Assembly (NCBI GenBank): GCA_963721455.1
Contig: CAVRJG010000041.1
Span: 1-64,000, forward strand
Direction: 5' to 3'
DNA from: an uncultured Methanosarcinaceae archaeon
Lineage (GTDB): Archaea; Halobacteriota; Methanosarcinia; Methanosarcinales; Methanosarcinaceae
DNA length: 64,000 bases
The notes below the pieces were generated by a model that saw only the letters and a list, made by a program, of their open reading frames with translations, was not told the origin of the DNA and did no database searches. This document shows positions 43,187 to 53,941 of the stretch, piece after piece; position 1 is the first letter of the stretch, and each line of letters starts with the position of its first letter. The translations under genes were made by a program, and so were the position numbers.

Positions 43187-43560
43187 GATGAGCTCATAAT
43201 TTAAAAATCCACATGGTAGCTTAATGCACCATAAGTTAACAGTTTATTAACAGGTATGAACCGTCCAGCCTGAGCTAATAGATTAACAGTCCACGAATAA
43301 TGCCCTGTTCATGGATTTCTTGCATGTGGTCAGTTCAAATCCTTCAAATTATGAAAGTTACTTTATAAAAAAGAAAATTCCATCAAATTCGTATTTCACC
43401 TAATTTCCATACATTAGCAAACAAAAGCTCATAAGCTAAATTGATTTGGATTACGTCTGAGTTATGTTAGACAATATTCTTACTCTTAATGAATCCTGTC
43501 TATTGATATCGATTTATCCATTCCGTCTGACTTGTCTACTATTTTTGCCCCTTTCTTTCA

Positions 43561-43719
43561 TTCAGTCTTTTGATGCTTTTTTAAGATTCTCAAGAATGCT
43601 TGATACGCTCTCTTTTGCATCCTCTGTCTCTTTTGTATCTCTGGAAATGGTAATATCCAGAATGTCCCCTTCTTTGCTTTCAGCAGGCAGTAAGAAAAGA
43701 GAAATCTTGATTTTAATTG
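43561..43719 (-). pseudogene. 5'-truncated second DUF3006 copy
   Basis: IKIKISLFLLPAESKEGDILDITISRDTKETEDAKESVSSILENLK; DNA visibly similar to 37310-37451. Confidence 0.8.
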
Positions 43720-43998
43720 CCCCATTATATTAGTTTCGGGATAGGCTCATTAGAAAAAGTAGGGTTATATGATAATATAATTGAAATGAAAATTGTAGGA
43801 TGCCCGAAAAATTATGAAGTAATAGAGACAGAGAAGAATGTGGCTGATAGTATTAAAGAAGGAATTATGTCGTTCCTTGGTATTATAATTTTTATATTGC
43901 TGATAATTTCTGTCGCATAAATGATATACTATGGTGCACCTACCGAGGATCTTTTTGAACCATAAATGATGATGGGATTTTATTCCTTAAAAACTGGG

Positions 43999-46290
43999 TT
44001 ATATTAGAAAAATGGAATGTTGTTTCAAATTAGCTACTGGAAATAGTGGTTCAGGTTCTGGGATGATTGCAATTCCCCCAGGAGAGACCTCGATATTCAC
44101 TGTTGCTGAGACAGTATCGTTTGAGGTGTCAATTACAGAAATATTGTTGCTATAATTGTTTTCATAACTGCCCTTGACTACCACGTATACCTTTTTTCCA
44201 TCAGGTGTGACTGCAATTTCTTTAGGATACTTTCCTACATTCAATGTGGTTACAACTTTTCTTGTAGATGTATCAATTACAGAGACAAAGCCATCTTCGC
44301 CAGCCACATATACTTTTGTTCCTGTTGGATTGACTACAACTTCATTGAGGTCTTCTTCTTACATCCACCGTAGCTATAACGGTATTTGTAGCTGTATCAA
44401 TGACAGAGACATAGTAGTAGGTTGTCACATATACCTTTGTTCCATCAGGTGTGACTGCAACTCCCCAAGGATGTTCACCTACAGGTACTGTAGCTATAAC
44501 AGTATTTGTTGCAGTATCAATTACAGATGTGGTATTGCCAGGGATAGAAAAGTTGCCATAGTTAGTCACATATGCCTTTTTTCCATCTGGGGTTACTGCA
44601 ATTCCCATATGGGTATTTCCTACAGGCACAGTGGCTTTAACAGTGGTTGTGTCAGTGTCAATTACAGAAACATTATTGCTGCCACTATTAGTCACATATA
44701 CCTTTTTTCCATCAGGACTGATTGCAACTCTATAGGGATCAGATCCCACTTTCACAGTGTCTGTAACAGTATTTGTTGCAGTATCAATTACGGAGACATT
44801 AACGCCCCAACGGTCAGCCACATATGCTGTTTTTCCATTAGGTGTGACTGCAATTCCATAAGGCCCACGTCCTACTTTCACAGATGTTATAACTAATCCT
44901 GTGGCTGTATCAATTACAGAGAATGCACCATCATTCGTAATGTATACAAATGGCCACGTGGATGAAACCCTTTTTTCAACGCTTATGTTAGCAAGTTTGG
45001 AATTAGTATTGAGTCCATTGCTAGCTGTCAAATTAACTGTATAGTTTCCTGAAGTCTTGTACGCATATACAGGATTTTGTTTTGTGGAATCTAATACCCC
45101 ATCACCATCAAAGTCCCAGTTCCACACAACTGCGTTTTTTGAAAGATCTGTAAACTTAACAACAAGAGGTGCAGTACCGTTAGTGACACTGGCTGTAAAG
45201 TTAGCAGTTGGGATAACTGAATTTTGAGACTGGACATCGATACAAGAGGTAAATAGTCAAATTTGTCCTCATAGACGTTATAAGGATCCTCATAGATTTT
45301 ATAAGGCAGGTCTCCAATCCCATTTCCATCCAAATCCACGCAGATCTGGGAGAATCCAGTTCCATCTGGCTTTGCCCAGAAGTTGCCTCCGATGTAAGGG
45401 CCACCGACAATATTACTGCCTGAAGCAAGTGAACTGTTCCAGGTATTTCCCCCTTCACAAGGTCCAAACCTTACGTTTAGACTATTGTTAAAATAATTAT
45501 TGTAGATTTTTTCTACGACCATTATTTTCTTTATCAAAAATCCCGCACTCTGCACAGGACGTTATTGTATTGTTGATTATACCAACATCACAACCATCTT
45601 CTAATTCAATCCCTACATTACAGTTTAATATTGTATTATTGTCAATTACTGAACTTGTTTGGGCAAGCTAATTCCATAATCGCAGTCAGTAATCCTGTTA
45701 TTACGAATATCTGCCAGCCTGATCCCATTCAGTAATACCAGTGGAGCAATTTGAGATTGTATTACCTGATACTGTATTATTTATTCCACAGCAGTCAATA
45801 AATATACCTTCTTTGCCGTTAGAGATTTTGTTTTCGGCTATTAAATTACCTGATATCTCGGATCCCAGAAGTAATAGAACCATTTTCAATGGTATTACCT
45901 GTCACATTATTCATATCGCCATAAACGTTGATTGAACCGTTTTCATAACCCTTACTGGCTCCTGTTATATTTAAACCACTGATCGTTGTAGCATTAGCTG
46001 TTATCAGAAAGGTACTTTCACTTTCATTCAGCGGTTTTACCTGCACATCTCCATTGTTTGATTCTGACCTGATAGTTAGACCTTTTACATTGACAAGAAC
46101 GTTTTCAGTATAAGTTCCAGACCTCACGATTATTATGTCCCCTGTTACAGAATTATTCACAGCTTCCTGAATTGACACGAAATCAGCTTCAGAATTATCA
46201 TCTACCGTAATTTCCCTTGCTGATGCAGTAGCTGACATGGAAACTAAGAAAATCGAAAATCAAAAATGTTGAAGTTAATCTTATTGAGCA
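43999..46290 (-). pseudogene. Cell-surface protein with NosD/beta-helix, PKD and YVTN beta-propeller repeats, multiple frameshifts
   Basis: Fragments 45846-46238, 45701-45889, 45091-45555, 44342-45127 and 43999-44307 read as one Methanosarcina surface protein (SIQEAVN, GGNFWAKPDG, WDFDGDG, YVTN/VSVIDTATN). Confidence 0.85.
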
Positions 46291-47070
46291 TAGCTTCTCT
46301 TTATTCCTCATTATTCCCCCAAATGAATTTATTTAATCTTTAACAAATAAGCCTTAATATTACTCATTATTCTCTATTTGTATTAAGAAATTGGAATAAA
46401 GAAAAAAAGAAGAGAAAGTTTACTTTTCCAATGCTCTTATAGTTAAACAGGTATCTGAAAGGCAAAAAATATATCTTTCAAATCTGACAAAAACAAGGTA
46501 AATTCACCCGACGGTTAGATTTGATAATTGACTCTCTACTTGATTCTGATTTACTCTGGTTTATTTTTTCCTTAAAAATCCGAGAAACATATTCCTAAAA
46601 GCCATATTATATTCAACCTGAAAGAGGAAAAGGTAGTGGTAATTGATATGAACATATCTGTATCATGCCTGTTACTGGAAACTACCCCCCTTTTGAAAGT
46701 TCAGAATGGAAATGCGTATATCCCTGTCCTGATTATTTCGTGCAAAAAAGGTAATGCCAACCATAGGGGAATTATTAATCAAAATTAATTTTAAGTTCAT
46801 CACTAGATTTTGGCATTGTGTCAAAAAAGCAAAGGATTAATATGCCTCCATGGGCTAATTGTAAGCCATATTGTCCTTTTTTTTGAAATTGGCGCTCTAA
46901 ATCCCTTTTGAGATATGAAACTAAATTAAAGTAAAACTAATTTTGCCAATAATAATGTTTAAAATAGGTCTTTTTTGAGGTCGGGTCGATTGACCCGCTA
47001 TTATTTCGTGTCAGCTGGGACCGGCGTTCTGCTATCGGAACTGCACCCTTTTTCTGAATCGGAGGCTAAA

Positions 47071-47117
47071 TCGCCTTTACATGATGGAGGTCCTGAGTTC
47101 GAATCTCAGCGGGCCCA
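47071..47117 (+). repeat. tRNA-Val 3' half copy 4 (att site)
   Basis: TCGCCTTTACATGATGGAGGTCCTGAGTTCGAATCTCAGCGGGCCCA; 4 mismatches, all in the anticodon part. Confidence 0.95.
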
Positions 47118-47288
47118 CTTTTGTTTTTTCCGATTATAAGAGCTTATAGAGCTTTTTTTCCAACTGCTCAATTCTTGCTTCAAGGTCAGATTTTTCTTCG
47201 GGTTGTATAACTTTAAGTTCACAGTTAAGCTCTTCTTCAAGAGCAATTAAATAAACAGGTTTACTATTTTACTAAGAGGAAAACAACA

Positions 47289-47873
47289 ATGACTGAAATG
47301 ACTGAAAAAGAAAAAGCATCCCAGGCTTTATTATTTAATGCAATTTATGATAAAGAGCTGAATGATGAACGAGATTATTGTAAAGCACTTTGCTACGAAT
47401 ATAATCAGCTTCATCCCGCAAAAATTGGGGAAAGGACATCTTTAATTCAGAAACTTTTTGGCAAAACCAGGGGCTCTTTTCTTATTGAGCCGCCATTTAT
47501 ATGCGACTACGGTTACAACATCAAAATAGGAAGCAATTTCTTTGCAAATCACAACTGTATCATCCTTGACGGAGCAAAGGTTGTTTTTGGTGATAATGTG
47601 ATGATTGCTCCACACTGTGGCTTCTATACAGATGGACATCCGCTTGATGCAGAACGTCGTAACGCAGGACTGGAGTATGCTTATCCAATTAAAGTCGGCA
47701 GCAATGTATGGATAGGCGGTAATGTTGTCGTACTGCCTGGGGTAACTATCGGAGATAATACTGTTATCGGAGCTGGAAGTGTTGTGACAAAAGATATTCC
47801 GCCTGGCGTTGTTGCCGTTGGGAATCCTTGCAGGGTTATTCGTGAGATTATCGATGAAGATAAGAAGTTTTAA
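47289..47873 (+). CDS. Sugar (maltose/galactoside) O-acetyltransferase
   Basis: IEPPF.CDYGYNI, VWIGG..LPGVTIG..GAGSVVTKD..GNPC hexapeptide repeats. Confidence 0.92.
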   Translation: MTEMTEKEKASQALLFNAIYDKELNDERDYCKALCYEYNQLHPAKIGERTSLIQKLFGKTRGSFLIEPPFICDYGYNIKIGSNFFANHNCIILDGAKVVFGDNVMIAPHCGFYTDGHPLDAERRNAGLEYAYPIKVGSNVWIGGNVVVLPGVTIGDNTVIGAGSVVTKDIPPGVVAVGNPCRVIREIIDEDKKF

Positions 47874-48142
47874 TCCTTATTTTTGTGAGTCTGGCTCTCG
47901 AATTTAAATGTAAATCAAAAATATGTGCATTACAGTCTCAATTCAACTACTATAACCCAAGCTATTATCAAAGAAACAAATCTAATAAACCGTTTGATTT
48001 CGCTCTGTGAATCTTTTTTTAAGCTTCTAAATTACTATTTTCTCAATTACGGATAACACTCTCCCTATTTCATACTCTGTTTCTTTTATACTTCTGACAA
48101 TGGTAATATACAGAATATTTTCCTTCTCTGCTTCTATACAGC

Positions 48143-48186
48143 CCTTCATACGGCGGAGGTCCTGAGTTCGAATCTCAGCGGGCGCA
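48143..48186 (+). repeat. tRNA-Val 3' half copy 5 (distal att site)
   Basis: CCTTCATACGGCGGAGGTCCTGAGTTCGAATCTCAGCGGGCGCA; 2 mismatches. Confidence 0.95.
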
Positions 48187-48321
48187 CTTCTGTTTTTACA
48201 GATTCCTTTTTTCAAATTCCGCATTATTTTTAGTAAAGTATACTTCCAGGCAGTATACTTTTTACGTCCCCCCAGCCGTAAAAACAAAATGAAAACTTTT
48301 TGATCACACTCACTGATTAAA

Positions 48322-48819
48322 TTATTTCTTTTGCTCAATGTATCGGGATTTAGCTTCCTGAAGTATAGTGACTGCTGTTTCGAGGCCTTTCCAACCGAAA
48401 ACGTTCACGTGTTTGCCCTCTAATTTCTTGTAATTTTGGAAGAAGTGAGTAATTTCCTTAAATAGATGAGGCGGAACATGGTCAACGGTCTCAATATAAT
48501 TCCACATGGGATCATTCTTTGGAACGCAGAGTATTTTTTGATCTCTTCCTTTATCATCTTCCATGTCAAATAGTGCCACAAGATGTACGTCTATTACACA
48601 ACCTGGAAAGGTAGGTTCCCAGGTTAAAACCATAGCATCTAAAGGGTCACCGTCAAGGGCCAGGGTATCGGGGAAAAAACCGTAATCTGAAGGATATACC
48701 ATTGAAGAAGAAAGCATTCTGTCGTATTTAATCACTTTCTTTTCTTTATCATACTCGTATTTATTTCGGCTTCCTTTTGGAATCTCGATAAGTACACTTT
48801 CAACCTGTCGTTCAGTCAT
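48322..48819 (-). CDS. ppa: Inorganic pyrophosphatase, family I
   Basis: IEIPKGS..KYE, YP.DYGF, DGDPLD, HFF..YK. Confidence 0.93.
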   Translation of the reverse strand: MTERQVESVLIEIPKGSRNKYEYDKEKKVIKYDRMLSSSMVYPSDYGFFPDTLALDGDPLDAMVLTWEPTFPGCVIDVHLVALFDMEDDKGRDQKILCVPKNDPMWNYIETVDHVPPHLFKEITHFFQNYKKLEGKHVNVFGWKGLETAVTILQEAKSRYIEQKK

Positions 48820-49083
48820 GCAAGAACTTCCTGCTTATTGATAGTTATTATAATACTGTTTCTTAATGATTGCAACTATTTATGCGCTCATAGATTATGT
48901 GTCCTGACAGGGTTATACTATTAAAACATGACCTCATGTGTTAATTTTCTTGACATCTGAAAGGAGAGATACAGGAAAATTGATTTGAAATATTCTTTTG
49001 GTACCTTTGATAAGAATGAGGTAAGATAATGTGCAACCTCTGCATCTGCAATCACATTGTGTTCATCGGGAAATTTTTAACAA

Positions 49084-49158
49084 TAAGGCGGGAAGTTCCC
49101 TTCCTCGACAGCTTCCGGCGAAGACAGAAAGCGGCAGGTGGGGATAAAATCCGTTAAC
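49084..49158. mobile_element. Possible isolated IS200/IS605-type end
   Basis: GC-rich GGCGGGAAGTTCCCTTCCTC..GGTGGGGATAAAATCCG in AT-rich DNA; recalled resemblance only, no tnp gene nearby. Confidence 0.3.
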
Positions 49159-49839
49159 TTCTACAATAGTTGTTATATCATTCGTTCCTTTCTTATCCCT
49201 ACAAAGCCTTCTGCATATTGTTTATCGTATTTTTGGCCTGTATAAATTACAGGTATACACACACAACAAAAATAGATAGGCACGATCAAGGTGATTTGAA
49301 GAGAATTTACAAATTAGTTACGGTATTATATTCATTTAACGGGACACAATTTATAAATTTCAATCATTCTTTTAGTTGATCTCACCCGCGAACGAGAGTG
49401 CTAAGTAGGATATTTCAGCCCCTGAAAAAAGTCTCAAATTCTAATGAACTTCCAGATCAACTGCAATTAAGGCGTTTTTAAAAAGATGAAGTTTTGACAC
49501 TAAAAAGTAATGTCATTCAGGTTAATTAAAAAAAATTAAGTTATCAAATGCCTATTTTTGAGGACAATCTCAAAGATCTGAATAATTTAATCAGTTTTTT
49601 GAAGAAAATATAGCAGGAAAAATAGTAAAAATCAAAGCAAAAATAGAAATCCAATTTGTGGAAAGTGGGATCTATTTCATTTTCGGCTTTTTTCGGTTAA
49701 TTTCAGGAAATTAGCAGAAGCAGAAGAGCCAGATGACTATTTAAAAAATAATGGGACTGTAAGATAAATATTTATAGTCAGTATAAGTAGTTTATATTAA
49801 TTTAAAAACGTAAAAAAAATTATACAGTGGGGAAAAAAC

Positions 49840-50247
49840 ATGAAAATTAGAGTCGTTAGTTCAAGAGAAGAAATCTTCACACTTAACCCTAATGAACGTG
49901 TTGTTCATCTGGCTTTCAGACCATCGAACAAGGATGTCTTTTCACTGGTTGAAACCTGTCCGAAAATCGATGTAATTCAGTTACCTAAATCTTATATGAG
50001 TACGGTCTCAAAATCCATAGAAATGTTCCTTGAGATGCAGAAAATCCAGCTTATCGAAGGAGATGTCTGGGGCCACAGGAAAGACATTAACGAATACTAC
50101 AATATTCCATCCTCAGTGATTGATAAGATAAAGGAGATGAAAACTGAAGGTAAATCCAGTGAGGATATCGAGACAAAGGTTTCAAGGGAAAGCAAACTCA
50201 ATCCTGAAATGATCGCTTATATCATGAGCAAAGAAGCTCCTGCTTGA
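49840..50247 (+). CDS. DUF1699 family protein
   Basis: MKIRVVSSREEI..VHLAFRPSN..GDVWGHRKD. Confidence 0.88.
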   Translation: MKIRVVSSREEIFTLNPNERVVHLAFRPSNKDVFSLVETCPKIDVIQLPKSYMSTVSKSIEMFLEMQKIQLIEGDVWGHRKDINEYYNIPSSVIDKIKEMKTEGKSSEDIETKVSRESKLNPEMIAYIMSKEAPA

Positions 50248-51131
50248 ATTCGTGCAGGGACATGCCCTTAAATTCGCTCTTTACTGGAGATAGACCCTAC
50301 AGAAAGATATTGCATCTTTCAAGAAAACCGCATTCGTGATCTAATCTCCAGCTTAAATTTTCCATTTATAAAGGCCCTGGAAAATTCCCTGACTTGAAAT
50401 TTAGCTTATATTTTTCATCTCAGGGAGATTTTACCTTTTTATCTCAGGAAGGCTCCCTATTTTTTATCTGGAATCTTTGAAATTTTAAATCTTTTAATCT
50501 TTGCAACTATTCGGACTGCTCAAAAGCAGTTTGAGCTGGTAACTTGGGCCGGTTATATCTCTGTGTTGGACTCGCGCATTTTGATCTCCTGACCATAGGA
50601 CCCGTCTCTGTCAAGGATGACAATTCTCAGGAACCCTCCTTTTTTCAGTTCCAGAGCACAAATTAAATGTCCTGCCGTTTTCAACAGGGAGACCCTCGGG
50701 ATTTCTATGGCCGTGGACCTGGTATGTATTCTCATTCGTGTTTTCGTTGAAACTTGCAGCAACCGCTTTTAAAAGTGAGCTGTGTTGTCAATTCTCCCCA
50801 AAAACCTCTGGTTTGGAAAATTTGTTCAAAGGTCGATAATTTTTCCCTGTTCCTGATTTTCTGTTCCAATTCTTGTTTTAATTAACCTGCTTACACTAAT
50901 AATTCCTGAGTTAATATTACTATTGATTTTTATAATGGTTAATTAGATAATTTTATGGTATCTATTTGAGAATAGACACGGGAAATCTTTGAAAATAGAT
51001 ACGTGGGAGAATCGTGAATAAGGGGTTGTGCGAAACGTGAGTGGAATCTGGCAATTGCCTTCTTGACGGGCACGCCCACGAGAAAAGACTCAGGCGTGCG
51101 GGAACCCCTGCAGATTTTTGTGGTGAAAGAT

Positions 51132-52613
51132 ATGGCAAACCGGAAGGAAACTGGTTATACTCTGCCTGGCAGGGCAGAATCATACTGGCTAGCAACCACC
51201 CCTGAATCAAATTATCCTGTTCTTCCAGGGGACATTCGCGTTGACGTGGCGATAATTGGGGGTGGAATAGTCGGAATCACCTCGGCTTTCCTTTTAAAGG
51301 AAGCAGGAGTATCCGTCGCAGTGATCGAGGCAGACAGGATCATAAAAGGGGTTACCGGCTATACGACTGCAAAAATCACATCCCAGCATAACCTGATCTA
51401 TAACAGACTGATCTCGGAATTAGGAAGAGGACAGGCGAAACAGTACGCCGAATCTAACCAGGCGGCAATCGAGAAGATTGAGTATATAGTTCGCTCATGG
51501 GACATATCCTGCGACTTTGCTCACAAGCCAGCATATGTCTATGCAAGTTCTGAAGATTCTGCACAGAGGATTCTGGATGAAGTTCGGGCAGCCAGAAGCC
51601 TGGGGCTTCCAGCCTCGTTTGAAGGCAACCTGCCGTTACCTTTTGAAACGTACGGTTCAGTCCGCTTTAGCCACCAGGCCCAGTTTCATCCTCGAAAATA
51701 CCTGTGTGCCCTTGCCAGAAAAATTCAGGATAATGGTTGCCATATCTTTGAAAAAACAAGGGCACTGGGAATAGAAGGAGGGGAGCCCGTGGTTATAAAA
51801 ACTGATAGGGGAACCGTAAGAGCAGAAAATGTCATTCAGGCAACGCATTTCCCGATTGTAGATAAGCCTGGAGAGTTATTCAAAAAACTGTACCAATCAA
51901 TGTCATATGTGCTTGGAATGCGTATTGAAGAGACATTCCCGGATGGGATGTTTATTAATGCCGAGGAGCCGGCACGGTCCCTGCGCTCCCAGCCTGCAGA
52001 CGGAGGTGAACTGGTACTTGCAGCTGGCAGCGGGCATCCGACAGGGCATGGAAATTCAGCACATGAGCACTACAGGCATCTTGAGGATTGGGCCAGATCG
52101 ATTTATAAAGTACGGTCTATCGATTACCGTTGGTCGACTGAGGACGTCATGTCTGACGATAACGTACCACTTATCGGCAAGCTTACTCCGGACAGTGAGC
52201 ACTCCTATGTGGCAACCGGATTCCAGAAGTGGGGCATGACGACAGGCACTGCTGCAGCAATGATTCTCACGGATACGATTCTTGGCAGGGGTAATCCCTG
52301 GACTGAGGTATACGATCCTTCAAGATCCAAACAGGTATCCCCATTCGCTGTCCAGGAAGAGATCTCCAGAATTGAACCCGGTCAGGGCATTGTTATTGAA
52401 AAAGGAGGGGAAAAGGTGGCAGTATACCGGGACCCGCAGGGTGTACTTTATACCTTTAATCCTGCCTGCAGGCACATGGGATGCTTTGTCTCCTGGAATG
52501 ATGCTGAGAAAACCTGGGACTGCCCCTGTCACGGTTCCCGCTATAATGCCAGAGGAGAAGTAATTCAAAGTCCTGCAGTTTATGGGCTTCTGGAGAAGAA
52601 GGTAAAGGAGTAA
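51132..52613 (+). CDS. FAD-dependent oxidoreductase with C-terminal Rieske domain (YhfW-like)
   Basis: IIGGGIVG, GF.KWGMT, CRHMGC..CPCHGS; ATG at 51132 with GGTGA SD. Confidence 0.9.
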   Translation: MANRKETGYTLPGRAESYWLATTPESNYPVLPGDIRVDVAIIGGGIVGITSAFLLKEAGVSVAVIEADRIIKGVTGYTTAKITSQHNLIYNRLISELGRGQAKQYAESNQAAIEKIEYIVRSWDISCDFAHKPAYVYASSEDSAQRILDEVRAARSLGLPASFEGNLPLPFETYGSVRFSHQAQFHPRKYLCALARKIQDNGCHIFEKTRALGIEGGEPVVIKTDRGTVRAENVIQATHFPIVDKPGELFKKLYQSMSYVLGMRIEETFPDGMFINAEEPARSLRSQPADGGELVLAAGSGHPTGHGNSAHEHYRHLEDWARSIYKVRSIDYRWSTEDVMSDDNVPLIGKLTPDSEHSYVATGFQKWGMTTGTAAAMILTDTILGRGNPWTEVYDPSRSKQVSPFAVQEEISRIEPGQGIVIEKGGEKVAVYRDPQGVLYTFNPACRHMGCFVSWNDAEKTWDCPCHGSRYNARGEVIQSPAVYGLLEKKVKE

Positions 52614-53579
52614 AACAGGTATCAATGAGGGTGAAGAGACTAAGGCAAGGAGAAGATAAATGAACGGAAAAAAATGGTCTTGCAATTTCAGCCCTATCTG
52701 CACATATTGATAAATGACCACCGGATTCCATGATGGTCTGTCTAAATTTTTAGTAGACTCTCTCAGAAGTTAGCTACGTATATTTATCTCAGATTAACTC
52801 TCTAAGTCGCGTAAATAATCCAATAAGCTCTTTTTGAATATTTTTCTGTATTTTTTCCGATAATTCAAGTGGACTGAATCAGGTTATTATGGAAGTAAAA
52901 ATACAACCATTATCTCCAATTCAATTTTTCGTCACCACTTAATTTTGAGGGCATGCTGTACTATATTTATAATGTAATTCTTCGTAACCTTTCTCACCCC
53001 CTTATTTTGTCACTCATAACATATTCTTTTAGTAATTCCCAATCCGGAAGTTTCTTCTTACGTAAAATTTCCCCAATATCTGTACCACACACCTTCTAAT
53101 TTCTACTAACTTTTGTATTCTATTCGATTCTTTATCCGCCAACCAAGCTGGTCAAGAAAAATTTTTTCTATATAGTATTTTTCAAACCGTCCATGAATAC
53201 GGATATGAGGTTGTAAGTGAAAAGAATTTCGTTGTAGATTCTAAACTTCTTCTCATATAGAAAAACGTGAAGCGTAGACTGAAAAAATTTTCAATCCATA
53301 ATTCGAATTCTCTCAATTCACACAATAATTGCTCAAAATCCTGTTTTTTCATACCCCCAAAAACCCGTGACAATCTAAAATAAACGTGTACTGTATAAAT
53401 TTCATTATTAAAATACCAAAAATATTTTATAATAGGATCGCATAAACCTTGGATGTCAACTCAGGAATTCAATGATAGATGAATGAAAACTTCTTAAAAA
53501 CAGAGTTGAACTGGCTAAAGGCCGTGATTAATTAAAACAGGAGGTATTGACCAGAGGAAATAACGTCCTGTGGTCAGTA

Positions 53580-53878
53580 ACAGATTTTGATTGGTAGAAG
53601 CCAAAGCTTCTCATGTCCGGCCACCTCCAATGACAGTCCCTAGAGAGTGATTGGAGAGTGGAGACTCTGTGTGCAACGTGTCCGCCCCACATAAATCGCA
53701 GAGAACCGAATTGGATAGGTTCAAAAATATTACAAAGACGTAATATAGATTTTTGAATTACCGTATAGAGCCGACTAATTAGATATTCGGTATAGAGCCG
53801 ACTTGATTAGATAGTTCGGAAAAAAGTATTACGAATACGTAATAAGGAATTTTGAGAATTATTTGGGGAAAAGTATAC
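53580..53878 (+). repeat. Structured ~300-bp non-coding element, copy A (leader of the beta-helix gene)
   Basis: Direct repeat of 55139-55436; internal hairpins and palindromes. Confidence 0.85.
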
Positions 53879-53941
53879 TATTACCCTATAAATTTTTAGT
53901 TTACCTAATCCCCTATAAAAACCCAACCCAAAGGTGATACG

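Larger units (their letters stand above)
41894..43195. mobile_element. ~131-bp MITE (same TIR family as 29452) interrupted in its right TIR by an IS1 element
   Basis: Left GAGTTGGTACCAAAACTCA; right TGAGTTTTGGGATGAGCT[IS]C; ATA on both flanks. Confidence 0.65.
29374..48186. mobile_element. Tandem array of five tRNA-Val-anchored integrated segments; no intact integrase
   Basis: Five direct copies of the tRNA 3' half; AT-rich accessory cargo and many pseudogenes between them. Confidence 0.85.

Noticed and set aside
29329-48186. Repeated 31-47 bp units as a CRISPR array or extra tRNA genes
   Set aside because: Spacing is kilobases, the units are tRNA 3' halves lacking the D-arm and 5' acceptor strand, and there are no cas genes.
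50553-50762. ORF with RIVILDRDGS resembling the CbiD C-terminus
   Set aside because: Only about 10 residues match; cannot be told from chance or a tiny remnant.
53700-53860. Short repeats as a mini-CRISPR
   Set aside because: No regular repeat-spacer periodicity with unique spacers; better explained as hairpin modules.
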